A stretch of DNA of 64,000 bases, taken from Rubinisphaera margarita (GTDB lineage Bacteria > Planctomycetota > Planctomycetia > Planctomycetales > Planctomycetaceae). Under the pieces are notes generated by a model. The model was not told where the DNA came from. It was given only the letters and a program-made list of their open reading frames with translations, and made no database searches. Below, in pieces: positions 38,519 through 46,855 of this stretch. Made by a program: the position numbers and the translations under genes. Within the stretch, counting starts at the first letter, position 1; each line of letters opens with the position of its first letter. The stretch lies in the NCBI RefSeq assembly GCF_022267515.1, contig NZ_JAKFGB010000012.1, forward strand, positions 893,225 to 957,224, read 5' to 3'.

Positions 38519-39649
38519 ATGCTTCTACGTAATCCAAACCTTGTGGCCGCATTCGGCCTCTCCGCCCTGCTCGCCATGCCGGTTCATGCTCAGCAGGCTC
38601 CGCGCGAGCAGAATCGTGATCGCCAGAACGAGTCGAGCCAGCAGGAATCTCGGCCCGGCGATCAGCAGAACAGCGAGCGTCAGTCCGATCGCTTCGAGAA
38701 CCAGAACCGGGAGGACCGCGACAGCGAATCCCGAACCGACGAGAACCAGAATCAGCGACAGCTGCGCAATCAGCATCGTCAAAGCGAGAACGACAATCGC
38801 CGGCAAGGCTACACCGGTCAGCGACGATCGAACTTCCGTGGCGGTGAGATTGAAGGCTGGGTCACTGTCGGCACCGACTACGACAACGACGGCGTCTACG
38901 ACTCGCTCGAAACGATCTTCCTGATCGATTTGGAGAATGCACGTCGTCAGAGTCAGGCTCGCGCTCAGGAACATCAGCGCAGCCGTAATCAGAACGGTCA
39001 GCATCAGAGTTCGAAACGCCTTCAGGTGAAAGGGACGATTCAAAGTCTCTCCCAGAAGGAGATGATGAACTCAGAGAAGCCGAAAGTTGTCGCGAAGCTG
39101 AAAACCCAGGAAGGTCGAACCGCGACCGTCTGCCTCGGTTCGCAGGACAAAGTGAACCAGCTGAATCTGCAGCAGGGTGATCAGGTCCAGGCCCACGGCG
39201 TTCGCGCCACCTTCAACGGTAAATCGATGCTGATGGCGGAACGCGTTTCGGCCGGCGAGCAGACAATCACGAACCAGCTGCCGCGAAAGCAGGGGCTCAA
39301 CCGCTTTCAGGGCGAAGTCGTGAGCACACGACAGGCGAACTTCCGGAATCGCGAAGGCGAATTCGTGATCGCCACCGTTCGCACTGAGAAGCATGGCACC
39401 AAGGAAGTGAACCTCGGACATGCCAGCGAATTTGAGAATGTCGACATCAGCGAAGGAAAGCAGATCAAATTCCTCGCCGGTGAAGCACGGATGAACGGTC
39501 GCTCGGCTCTGATTGCTCAGGCAATTCGCATCGACGGTCAGACCATCGACGTCCGCGAGTCGACCAACCAGCAGATCACTAAGTCTGATCGCGGTTCCGA
39601 CTCGAAGAACCGTCAGTCCGAGGATCGGCAGACGACAAGTCGCCGATAA
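38519..39649 (+). CDS. Secreted protein with a Q/N/R/E/S/D-rich low-complexity N-terminal region and two tandem ~90-aa OB-fold-like repeats
   Basis: AAAGGA Shine-Dalgarno sequence before the ATG at 38519. Signal peptide MLLRNPNLVAAFGLSALLAMPVHA. The two repeats share a pattern of the form V...G..V...L...G.... Confidence 0.5.
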   Translation: MLLRNPNLVAAFGLSALLAMPVHAQQAPREQNRDRQNESSQQESRPGDQQNSERQSDRFENQNREDRDSESRTDENQNQRQLRNQHRQSENDNRRQGYTGQRRSNFRGGEIEGWVTVGTDYDNDGVYDSLETIFLIDLENARRQSQARAQEHQRSRNQNGQHQSSKRLQVKGTIQSLSQKEMMNSEKPKVVAKLKTQEGRTATVCLGSQDKVNQLNLQQGDQVQAHGVRATFNGKSMLMAERVSAGEQTITNQLPRKQGLNRFQGEVVSTRQANFRNREGEFVIATVRTEKHGTKEVNLGHASEFENVDISEGKQIKFLAGEARMNGRSALIAQAIRIDGQTIDVRESTNQQITKSDRGSDSKNRQSEDRQTTSRR

Positions 39650-39678
39650 GTGATTGACCTGACGCATTAATACGATGT

Positions 39679-39713
39679 GGCGTCCGTCCTGTCCGGGGGC
39701 GGACGCCTTTTTG
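39679..39713 (+). terminator. Intrinsic terminator after the secreted-protein gene pair
   Basis: Stem GGCGTCCG / CGGACGCC followed by TTTTT. Confidence 0.65.
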
Positions 39714-39784
39714 ATGCGCAGGTCTGAGAGTTCTTTCTCACTGGGAATGTCCTGCAACCGCCGTCGTCACGATGAAACCTGGTA

Positions 39785-39826
39785 CTAATACGAAACGCCC
39801 TCGAATCGCAGAGACTCGAGGGCGTT
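39785..39826 (-). terminator. Intrinsic terminator after rsr
   Basis: Stem CGCCCTCGA / TCGAGGGCG, with a T-rich tail on the minus strand. Confidence 0.5.
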
Positions 39827-39834
39827 CGGGTTCA

Positions 39835-41472
39835 TTACAGTTCGACGGCTTCGACTTCCTTCACGAAGCGGCTTTCGTCACCGGACAGGAATCCACTCAC
39901 GACGTTGAACACGGCGTCACTGAAGCCGCCGATGTTCAGGATGTCGCTGCGTTCTGGAGCCTGTGAGGTTCCGTACGGCTGGATGTCGATGCAGACCAGC
40001 TTTGGTCCCGTGATGTCGCCACCCTGGAGTCGCAGCTGATTCTTCACGAAGTCCTGCCATTCGGTCATCACTCCGGTTGACCCGTAAGCTCCGTATCCGA
40101 AGGCCTGTCCGTTGCGGATCCAGCTTTCGTTATCGCTGATCAGCACGCATCCTGCGAAACGTCGATTACGATAACGGCTGTTGGCTTCTCGCAGCGGGAT
40201 CGAACAATCGGTCCCTCCTCCGCCCATTTGGCCGAGCCGCTTCGACAGACTCAGGATCGAATCGGACGGATCGAGCCGTGCGTCGTACGCGATGGTATCG
40301 AACGGCACGAGCACACTGTCCGGGTTTCGACGCAGGATCGCCGCAGCGAACAGAGCCGCCACATCGACACATCGCACGGCCGAAGTTCCCCCTCCACCGC
40401 GGTATCCGGTGACCGGACAGTTCATCGATCCCGAGGTATCGAGTCCGATTACGACCGGTCCCGGCAGTTCCGGGATGTTTCCGCAGGCAATCTCGGCTGC
40501 TCGGTGCAGCGCATCCCGGATCTTATGCGGCAACTCCGTCGACGCGTTCAGGTAGGCGGCCAGGTACTGGTACGGGAACTGTCGCGAACGTCGGATCTCC
40601 GTCGCATCGGCCACGCGGCCGGCCACGTAATCGACCATCTCACGATCTTCCAGAACCTGATGACGCAGGAGCGTATTCAGGTTCATTCGCAATGCCTGCG
40701 GCCCCATCTGTCGGGCGATGGCCTTCCAGACCTTCGGCCCCCGAGCGGCATCGGCCAGGAGATCCCAACGCACGTTCAGATCAGCCGCGACTGCAGCCTG
40801 ATCCTTCTCGCCGGTGATGCGTCGATACTTGATCAACTGCTTCAGGTCCTGCGGGAGATCGGCTTCGGTCGCCGGAGCCCACTTCTCGACGTCCTTATCG
40901 GTCAACCATCCGAACAGAGCCCGCCGCGCGTTGTCTCGCGGAGTTGGCCGAGCCAGCCGCAACACGTCGCGCAGACTTGGATCGTTCCCGATCGAAGCCG
41001 ACAGCAACTTGCTCACGGAAGCCTCGTTCAGCCAGCGCTGGAAAGCCCGCTGCAAACTCGACGACAGGCTGTTCCGACCAAACTGACCGGAACGGACCAT
41101 CTGGAACAGCGTCCGCAGGACGCGGCCGTTATCGATCACCCGATCAAAGACCTGGTGCATCAATGCGGTATCCCGAGTCGACAGCGAAGCCACCAGGGCA
41201 GCCGGCATGTCCTTCATGAAAGCCCGTTCCCGCGAATACACGGCGAGCTTTGCCAGGAAGACATTGTCATCGACCTCGTCGATCAGAGACCGCAAGGTAT
41301 CGAGCTGCGTCTGGGCGTTGGCGTAGAAGACTCCGTTAAAGCACCCGGTTGCAGCGAGCTGAGCGAGAGCCTGCTTGGCCGAGAACTTGTAAGCGGCGCC
41401 GCCCGCTTCGTTGATCGAGTTCGTACGCGGCAACAGATTCTTGAAGTTGGAGAAGAGGGACTTGTTGGCCAT
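39835..41472 (-). CDS. rsr: Ro60 ortholog Rsr (TROVE domain + vWA/MIDAS)
   Basis: N-terminal TROVE-region sequence typical of bacterial Rsr. C-terminal vWA with the motif IGLDTSGSM. Confidence 0.85.
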   Translation of the reverse strand: MANKSLFSNFKNLLPRTNSINEAGGAAYKFSAKQALAQLAATGCFNGVFYANAQTQLDTLRSLIDEVDDNVFLAKLAVYSRERAFMKDMPAALVASLSTRDTALMHQVFDRVIDNGRVLRTLFQMVRSGQFGRNSLSSSLQRAFQRWLNEASVSKLLSASIGNDPSLRDVLRLARPTPRDNARRALFGWLTDKDVEKWAPATEADLPQDLKQLIKYRRITGEKDQAAVAADLNVRWDLLADAARGPKVWKAIARQMGPQALRMNLNTLLRHQVLEDREMVDYVAGRVADATEIRRSRQFPYQYLAAYLNASTELPHKIRDALHRAAEIACGNIPELPGPVVIGLDTSGSMNCPVTGYRGGGGTSAVRCVDVAALFAAAILRRNPDSVLVPFDTIAYDARLDPSDSILSLSKRLGQMGGGGTDCSIPLREANSRYRNRRFAGCVLISDNESWIRNGQAFGYGAYGSTGVMTEWQDFVKNQLRLQGGDITGPKLVCIDIQPYGTSQAPERSDILNIGGFSDAVFNVVSGFLSGDESRFVKEVEAVEL

Positions 41473-41604
41473 AACCGGCCTCCTTTCGACCTGAGTGGAC
41501 GAAGTGCGCAGACTCCCGTGTCATCAGATCACGGAATCAAACGTCAGCCTGCGCGAGCAGTCGACTCAGCAGCATCGGCTCGGTTCTTCGAGCCTTGTGA
41601 AAAT

Positions 41605-41708
41605 TCACTCGACGAAGGCATGAAGCAGAGTTACCGACCAGAGTCGATCCCGGCCGGGCAGGAGTTGAACCTGCGGAGTCCATGTATTCCGCTTCCGCAG
41701 TCGAGTGA
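41605..41708 (-). ncRNA. Y-RNA-like / tRNA-like structured element immediately upstream of rsr
   Basis: A 9-bp terminal helix (TCACTCGAC / GTCGAGTGA) encloses a canonical T-arm (GCAGG-TTCAACT-CCTGC) and further hairpins. No anticodon arm or acceptor stem. Confidence 0.35.
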
Positions 41709-41739
41709 GGTCCCCGACGAGGGGTTTGCCAGAGCATTT

Positions 41740-41936
41740 GTTCTTTGCGCGTCTACTGTTTCCGCCACGGCGTCCGAAGACGCCGGCAGGATTCGCACCT
41801 GCACGATCTTGCGATCACAAAGTCCTGATGGAGTCCAACATTCAGTCGGGGAATGTCAAAGCATGATCGACGAAGTGGTGGTTCAGAGTCGTTACGGTGC
41901 TCTACCTTTGAGCTACGGTGCGTCGTAAGAAAAAAT
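41740..41936 (-). ncRNA. Structured RNA region carrying isolated tRNA-like modules
   Basis: On the minus strand: a D-arm-like TAGCTCAAAGGTAGAGCA; a cUUCGg tetraloop hairpin (GGCGTC-TTCG-GACGCC); and a degenerate T-arm GCAGG-TGCGAAT-CCTGC. Confidence 0.3.
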
Positions 41937-42010
41937 GGCACCGACGGGAATCGAACCCGCAACCTCCGGATCCCAAATCATGTACTCCGAGCCGGCAGTC
42001 GATCATGTCT
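41936..42010 (-). ncRNA. Degenerate tRNA-like element (T-arm plus 3' acceptor strand only, followed by a T-tract)
   Basis: GCGGG-TTCGATT-CCCGT-CGGTGCC-A-TTTTTT. No matching 5' acceptor strand upstream; CGGTGC can pair with a downstream GCACCG. Confidence 0.3.
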
Positions 42011-42211
42011 GCTATGTCTTCAAAAGTGGCTCGACGAAGAGGTGCCGAGAAGATGCGTTCTTCACGCAATCCTTAACAGGGATGTAATCCCGGCTGGCAG
42101 TCGAACCACTGGAGCAGTTCACTCTCGTAACCGTTCCGTCCGCGAAAGGAGCAGCGTTTCAGGCGAAACAAAGCTCATTCGCGGACATCCGGTAAAGCGA
42201 TCCGCTTTAAT

Positions 42212-42282
42212 ACCCCGCCAAGGAATCGAACCTCGTCCGACTGATTCGAAGTCAGTCATGCATCCATCACACCCGCAGGGCT
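42212..42282 (-). tRNA. tRNA-Arg (UCG), 71 nt, no encoded CCA
   Basis: Acceptor GCCCTGC / GCGGGGT (two G-U pairs). D-arm GTGT-GATGGAT-GCAT. Anticodon arm ACTGA-CTTCGAA-TCAGT. T-arm CGAGG-TTCGATT-CCTTG. Confidence 0.6.
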
Positions 42283-42291
42283 TGCAGAGTT

Positions 42292-42624
42292 TCAGTTTTT
42301 CGTTGTTCTCCAATACTCGTCGGCGTTCTCCAGAGCCGCCCGCATCAGACGGGATCCTTCGATGTTGGCCGAGTGAATTGTCCAGGTTAGTTGCGATAAC
42401 TCGCCGTAGTAGGCTCGTTCTTCAATCCATTTCGCGACGTCGTAACCGGTTTGCGTTGTTCCCAGATCGTGATCCAGTGACACCCAGGCGACGTTGTTCG
42501 ACTTGAGCCGACTGATCGCCGCATCTGCAGTCCTCACCCAGATCATGCCCGGTTCCGCACCGAACAGTTCCTGGATCTTCCGATTGTTCGGATCCCGCTC
42601 GTCATCGAGCCAGAGATTGATCAT
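42292..42624 (-). CDS. Small receiver (REC)-fold-like protein embedded in the tRNA array; possibly a cyclic-phosphate-processing receiver-like domain as seen in RNA-repair neighbourhoods
   Basis: AAAGGA Shine-Dalgarno sequence 5 nt before the ATG. Alternating beta/alpha pattern with acidic residues at predicted strand ends: MINLWLDDER (strand 1) and VAWVSLDHDLG (strand 3). Confidence 0.5.
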   Translation of the reverse strand: MINLWLDDERDPNNRKIQELFGAEPGMIWVRTADAAISRLKSNNVAWVSLDHDLGTTQTGYDVAKWIEERAYYGELSQLTWTIHSANIEGSRLMRAALENADEYWRTTKN

Positions 42625-42651
42625 GCAGTCCTTTCTTCAGGTCGCGAGAAA

Positions 42652-42721
42652 CACGAGCGTGAGGAGTCGAACCCCATGCGTTCGCTTTGGAGGCGAACTG
42701 CTCTCCCAGGAGCACACTCGT
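42652..42721 (-). tRNA. tRNA-Trp (CCA), 70 nt, slightly irregular (short D-loop, missing nt 9)
   Basis: Acceptor ACGAGTG / CGCTCGT. D-arm GCTC-CTGGGA-GAGC. Anticodon loop CTCCAAA is identical to bacterial tRNA-Trp. T-arm TGGGG-TTCGACT-CCTCA. Confidence 0.55.
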
Positions 42722-42725
42722 CCAA

Positions 42726-42799
42726 TGGCTTTGGTGGGATTCGAACCCACAGCATCGCTGTGTCTGAGACAACGTGGTCTACCGATTGCCTACAAAGCC
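42726..42799 (-). tRNA. tRNA-like element with a CAG anticodon loop (Leu-like) but an unpaired D-stem and no long variable arm; probable pseudo-tRNA
   Basis: Perfect acceptor GGCTTTG / CAAAGCC and T-arm GTGGG-TTCGAAT-CCCAC. Anticodon arm GTTGT-CTCAGAC-ACAGC. No D-stem pairing can be found. Confidence 0.4.
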
Positions 42800-42831
42800 G
42801 TTTCGTGCCCACTGTTGTTGAGGGACATCAG

Positions 42832-42906
42832 TTGCGGCGGCAGGAATCGAACCTGCGTCAGAACGGTTCAGAGCCGCCCGCCCGTACCAGCACGAGCACC
42901 ACCGCA
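42832..42906 (-). tRNA. tRNA-Gln (CUG), 75 nt
   Basis: Acceptor TGCGGTG / CGCCGCA. D-arm GCTC-(10 nt)-GGGC. Anticodon arm GGCGG-CTCTGAA-CCGTT. T-arm GCAGG-TTCGATT-CCTGC. Confidence 0.55.
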
Positions 42907-42918
42907 TCATCTCTTCAA

Positions 42919-42989
42919 AGCGCCCAGCGGGAGTCGAACCCGCACTCCCGCCATGGCAAGGCAGCAGGCTACCGCTACATCATGGGCGC
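42919..42989 (-). tRNA. tRNA-Gly (GCC), 71 nt
   Basis: Acceptor GCGCCCA / TGGGCGC. D-arm ATGT-AGCGGTA-GCCT (one mismatch). Anticodon arm CTGCC-TTGCCAT-GGCGG. T-arm GCGGG-TTCGACT-CCCGC. Confidence 0.55.
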
Positions 42990-43013
42990 GATTCAGAGGC
43001 TTCGCCTCCTGAA

Positions 43014-43086
43014 TGGGATCGGACGGATTCGAACCGTCACCGTTCCGGTTAAGAGCCGGACATGCCGCCGCTAACACCTCAATCCC
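43014..43086 (-). tRNA. tRNA-Lys (CUU), 73 nt
   Basis: Acceptor GGGATTG / CGATCCC. D-arm GTGT-TAGCGGCG-GCAT. Anticodon arm TCCGG-CTCTTAA-CCGGA. T-arm GACGG-TTCGAAT-CCGTC. Confidence 0.65.
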
Positions 43087-43110
43087 AGGTTGACCTTCTT
43101 CGTAATAAAG

Positions 43111-43183
43111 TCGGGATGGCCGGACTCGAACCGACGATCGCGTGCTCCCAGGGCACGTGGGGTAGCCGCTCCCCGACATCCCG
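43111..43183 (-). tRNA. tRNA-Pro (UGG), 73 nt (C at position 33)
   Basis: Acceptor CGGGATG / CATCCCG. D-arm GGGG-AGCGGCTA-CCCC. Anticodon arm CGTGC-CCTGGGA-GCACG. T-arm GTCGG-TTCGAGT-CCGGC. Confidence 0.6.
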
Positions 43184-43397
43184 TTAACTGCTTTCACTTA
43201 ATGGAGCTGTAAACTCCGAGTAACTCTCGATCGAAAGCGGTTGAGTTCTTTGCTGAGTGCCTGCCGGCATTAGCCTGTCCGCGTTCGATCGGAGCCGGGC
43301 GGAATGCATGTCCGAAGAAGGCGAAGAAACGTCGATACGAATTGCGGATGAAGGTTGTCACGGTCGTCGATTCCGAAATGGGCTGACTGTTTACTGA

Positions 43398-43470
43398 TGA
43401 CCCGTGTGGGATTCGAACCCAACCTGACCAGCTTGAAAGGCTGGTGACCTCACCAGAAGTCGAACGGGCC
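43398..43470 (-). tRNA. tRNA-Glu (UUC), 73 nt
   Basis: Acceptor GGCCCGT / ACGGGTC. D-arm GACT-TCTGGTGA-GGTC. Anticodon arm CCAGC-CTTTCAA-GCTGG. T-arm TTGGG-TTCGAAT-CCCAC. Confidence 0.65.
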
Positions 43471-43500
43471 GTAGTGTCCTGAAACGCCGAAGTCCGGGCG

Positions 43501-43531
43501 TAAAAAAAGCCCGGTGCGTGTGACACCGGGC
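43501..43531 (-). terminator. Minus-strand intrinsic terminator hairpin 27 nt upstream of the tRNA array
   Basis: Stem GCCCGGTG-(7 nt)-CACCGGGC followed by TTTTTTT on the minus strand. Confidence 0.55.
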
Positions 43532-43985
43532 TGACAGGAAGTCTCCAGTCAGAGCATCGGTCACAAACGCAAATCCTCACTCGGGCCGCCGGGCTCGCGG
43601 CGAAGGCGTTCCATCTGCATGGTGGGGTTCTCAAGAATCATCGAACTGAGTTCTGCCTGTCAAAAAGTGTTAGCCGTTGTCATGGTGACTGGTCTTCACC
43701 AGCTTCTGCACTACAGACGCCAGTCAGCGGGAAAAGGTTCGTCAGGAAGTGTGAGATTTTCGGAAAAGTTGGGATGCGCGAAACCAGCCACGGTCGATCA
43801 CCGACGTCATCGGTCTCAAGGGAATCCCTTCCCCGGCGAGCCGCTTCCTGTCGGTGACGCGACTGAGACGTGCATGTCTGAGTCATTCTGTGTGGCTCCA
43901 CACCGCGCAGCTTCCCCAGCTGAAACTCCTCTCGGATAGCGAAGCCGATTTGACGAGGTGGCTTAGCCACTGTACCATCTCCGCT

Positions 43986-44756
43986 ATGGACACGAGCATT
44001 CAGCGGAACCCGGTTTATCAGCAGCTGAACGATCGATTGCGCTCGGCCCTGGCCGCCGAGTATCAGTCCGGGGATCGCTTTCTGACCGAACGTGAAATCA
44101 GCGAGAAGTTCCAGGTCAGCCGGGCGACCGCCAACAAGGCGCTCGCCAGTCTCGTTTCAGAAGGCCTGCTCGAGTTTCGTCGCGGCATCGGCACCTTCGT
44201 CCGCCGCGATCTCATCGACTACGATCTCCGTTCGCTGGTCAGCTTCACAGAGAAAGCCAGGGCGGCTGGCAAGAAGCCGAAGACAACCGTGCTGACGTTC
44301 CGGCGACTTGAAGCCGGGACGATCGACTGCGAGATTCGCGAGGCTCTCGAGCTCGACTCCGATGAGCGCGTCTGGGAGCTCGAACGATTGCGGCTGGCCG
44401 ACGGTGTGCCCGTCATTCTGGAGCATCGTTACGTGGTTACCAGTTTCTGCCCGAAACTGACTCGAACACAGGCGGCCGGCTCTCTCTATCAGGCATTGAC
44501 TGGCCCCCACGGAATTGAGATTGCGGGAGCCGATGAAGTGATTCGAGCCGTGCTCCTCCCCCGAAAAGAGGCGGCGTTGCTTGAAGTCACTGCGCGTGCA
44601 CCGGCTTTCGAAGTGACGGCCGTTGGTTACACGAAGGACGCCCGTCCGCTCTGGTGGGAGCGGACCTTGTATCGGGGCGATCAGTATGAGTTTCACAGCC
44701 GGCTCGGTCCGGTTCGTTCCGCGACTCCCGCTCGCGGACAACTCCGTTCGCATTGA
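43986..44756 (+). CDS. GntR/HutC family transcriptional regulator (wHTH + UTRA domain)
   Basis: Start at MDTSIQ. HTH segment EREISEKFQVSRATANKALASL. Confidence 0.8.
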   Translation: MDTSIQRNPVYQQLNDRLRSALAAEYQSGDRFLTEREISEKFQVSRATANKALASLVSEGLLEFRRGIGTFVRRDLIDYDLRSLVSFTEKARAAGKKPKTTVLTFRRLEAGTIDCEIREALELDSDERVWELERLRLADGVPVILEHRYVVTSFCPKLTRTQAAGSLYQALTGPHGIEIAGADEVIRAVLLPRKEAALLEVTARAPAFEVTAVGYTKDARPLWWERTLYRGDQYEFHSRLGPVRSATPARGQLRSH

Positions 44757-44765
44757 AAGGACATC

Positions 44766-45923
44766 ATGACGCGTAAGTTACGGGCTGCTGTTGCCGGGAC
44801 CGGGTTCATTGGGCCGGTTCATATCGAAGCTCTCCGCCGGGCGGGAGTGGAAGTGACCGGGATTCTCGGATCGAGTCCGGAGAAGTCGAACCGTGCGGGC
44901 GAGCAACTCGGTCTGCCTCGCGGCTACGCATCGCTTGAAGAGATTCTGCAGGATGACAGCGTTGACTCCGTCCATCTGGCGACGCCGAATCGACTGCATT
45001 ACGAACAGACGGTCGCCGTGCTCAAGGCGGGCAAGCATGTCCTCTGCGAGAAGCCCCTGGCAATGAACTCGCAGCAGTCGGCCGAGCTGGTTGAACTGGC
45101 CGCAAAGTCGGACTGCGTCGCCGGCGTCGCCTACAACATTCGCTTCTATCCGCTCTGCCATGAAGCGGCTGCGCGAGTTGCGGACGGATCTGTCGGCGAT
45201 GTTCTCCATGTGACCGGGTCTTACGTGCAGGACTGGCTCCTCTACGAAACCGATTTCAACTGGCGCGTCGTCGCTGAAGATGGCGGCGAACTTCGAGCGG
45301 TTGCCGATATCGGAACGCACTGGCTCGATCTGTTGCAGTTCATCACCGGACGAAAAGTCACAGAAGTGTTCGCGGATCTGCGCACGGTTCATCCGATTCG
45401 AAAGCAGCCCGTGGGGGGATCGCAGACGTTCTCCGGCGGCAAGGCTCCGGCGGAAACGAAGCCGGTGGAGATCACGACCGAGGACTGCGGCAGCATCCTG
45501 CTGCGTTTCGACAACGGAGCCAACGGCTGCCTGTGGGTTTCGCAGACGACCGCCGGACGAAAGAACTGCCTGCAGTTCGAGCTGGCCGGTTCAAAGGCAA
45601 GTCTCGCCTGGAACAGTGAAACGCCGAATGAGATCACGATCGGGCATCGGAACGAGCCGAATGAACGGTTGATACGCGATCCGGCTTTGCTGCACACTTC
45701 CGCTGGTGGCGTGAGCAACTATCCCGGCGGTCACAACGAAGGATTTCCTGATACGTTCAAGCAGTTATGCAGAGCATTCTACGGTTACATCGCGACCGGC
45801 GACTATACCGCCCCGGCTCCGTTTCCGACCTTCGCCGACGGGCACCGCGAGATTCTGTTATGTGAAGCGATTCTAACGAGTCACCGTGAGCAACGCTGGA
45901 TTTCAACAGGAGTGGATCACTAA
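44766..45923 (+). CDS. Gfo/Idh/MocA family NAD(P)-dependent oxidoreductase
   Basis: N-terminal Rossmann motif [13 protein letters not shown] and the motif LCEKPLA. Confidence 0.85.
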   Translation: MTRKLRAAVAGTGFIGPVHIEALRRAGVEVTGILGSSPEKSNRAGEQLGLPRGYASLEEILQDDSVDSVHLATPNRLHYEQTVAVLKAGKHVLCEKPLAMNSQQSAELVELAAKSDCVAGVAYNIRFYPLCHEAAARVADGSVGDVLHVTGSYVQDWLLYETDFNWRVVAEDGGELRAVADIGTHWLDLLQFITGRKVTEVFADLRTVHPIRKQPVGGSQTFSGGKAPAETKPVEITTEDCGSILLRFDNGANGCLWVSQTTAGRKNCLQFELAGSKASLAWNSETPNEITIGHRNEPNERLIRDPALLHTSAGGVSNYPGGHNEGFPDTFKQLCRAFYGYIATGDYTAPAPFPTFADGHREILLCEAILTSHREQRWISTGVDH

Positions 45924-46855
45924 TGCAACTCGGATTTGTCACTGCTATTCTTCCCGACCTGTCGTTCGAAGACGTCCTCTCGACGGCGAGCCGTATCGGG
46001 TACGACTGTGTCGAAGTGATGTGCTGGCCTCAGGGCGGGGCCACGCGTCGGTATGCCGGGGTGACACATATTGATGTCACTTCGTTTGAAGAGAAGGACG
46101 CGAAACAGATTCGGGAACTGCTGGACCGGTATGGTGTGTCCATCAGCGGCCTCGGCTATTACCCAAACCCGCTCGCCCCCGATGCCGAAGAAGCCAGGAC
46201 GGCGGTTGAGCATTTGCGGAAGTTGATTGAAGCGGCTGCCATTCTCGGGATTCCTCAGGTCAACTCGTTCGTCGGCCGGGACTGGACAAAGTCGGTCGAC
46301 GACAACTGGCCGCGGTTTCTGGAGACCTGGGGTCCGCTCGTCGAACATGCGGAGTCGCATCAGGTGCGCATCGGCATTGAGAATTGCCCGATGCTCTTCT
46401 CGAATGACGAATGGCCCGGCGGAAAGAATCTGGCGATCAGTCCGGCGATCTGGCGACGGATGTTTGCCGATCTTCCGAGCCCCTCGTTCGGATTGAACTT
46501 CGACCCCTCGCATCTGGTCTGGATGCAGATGGATTACCTCGCCCCACTCCGAGACTTTGCCGATCGCATCTTCCATGTTCATGCCAAAGATGTGCGAGTC
46601 GATCAGCATCTGTTGAACGACGTCGGCATTCTGGCGACGCCGCTGCAGTACCACACGCCGAAACTGCCGGGACTTGGTGAGGTCAACTGGGGGAAGTTCT
46701 TTTCTGTGCTGGGCGATACCGGGTATCGCGGCCCGGTTTGCGTGGAAGTTGAGGATCGCTCGTTTGAACATTCTCTGGCGGCTCGGAAAGCGTCGCTGGT
46801 TCAGTCGCATACGTTTCTTCGAAACTTTGTCACCGCTCAGGGAACGCAGGAATGA
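45923..46855 (+). CDS. Sugar phosphate isomerase/epimerase (xylose isomerase-like TIM barrel)
   Basis: TIM-barrel metal-binding pattern (IGIENCP...HVHAKD). Stop/start overlap with the upstream gene. Confidence 0.75.
   Translation: MQLGFVTAILPDLSFEDVLSTASRIGYDCVEVMCWPQGGATRRYAGVTHIDVTSFEEKDAKQIRELLDRYGVSISGLGYYPNPLAPDAEEARTAVEHLRKLIEAAAILGIPQVNSFVGRDWTKSVDDNWPRFLETWGPLVEHAESHQVRIGIENCPMLFSNDEWPGGKNLAISPAIWRRMFADLPSPSFGLNFDPSHLVWMQMDYLAPLRDFADRIFHVHAKDVRVDQHLLNDVGILATPLQYHTPKLPGLGEVNWGKFFSVLGDTGYRGPVCVEVEDRSFEHSLAARKASLVQSHTFLRNFVTAQGTQE

Noticed and set aside
39071-39757. 228-aa minus-strand ORF
   Set aside because: It is antisense to the secreted OB-repeat protein gene and runs through its terminator.
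41853-42506. 217-aa plus-strand ORF spanning the rsr-proximal region
   Set aside because: Its translation contains GNRTRN and GIEPRPTDSKS strings, which are typical reverse-complement readings of tRNA T-arms. It lies on the opposite strand from the tRNA and structured-RNA elements and has a poor start context.
43194-43634. 146-aa minus-strand ORF over the Pro/Glu tRNA region
   Set aside because: It overlaps tRNA genes and the terminator hairpin and has low-complexity, non-protein-like composition.
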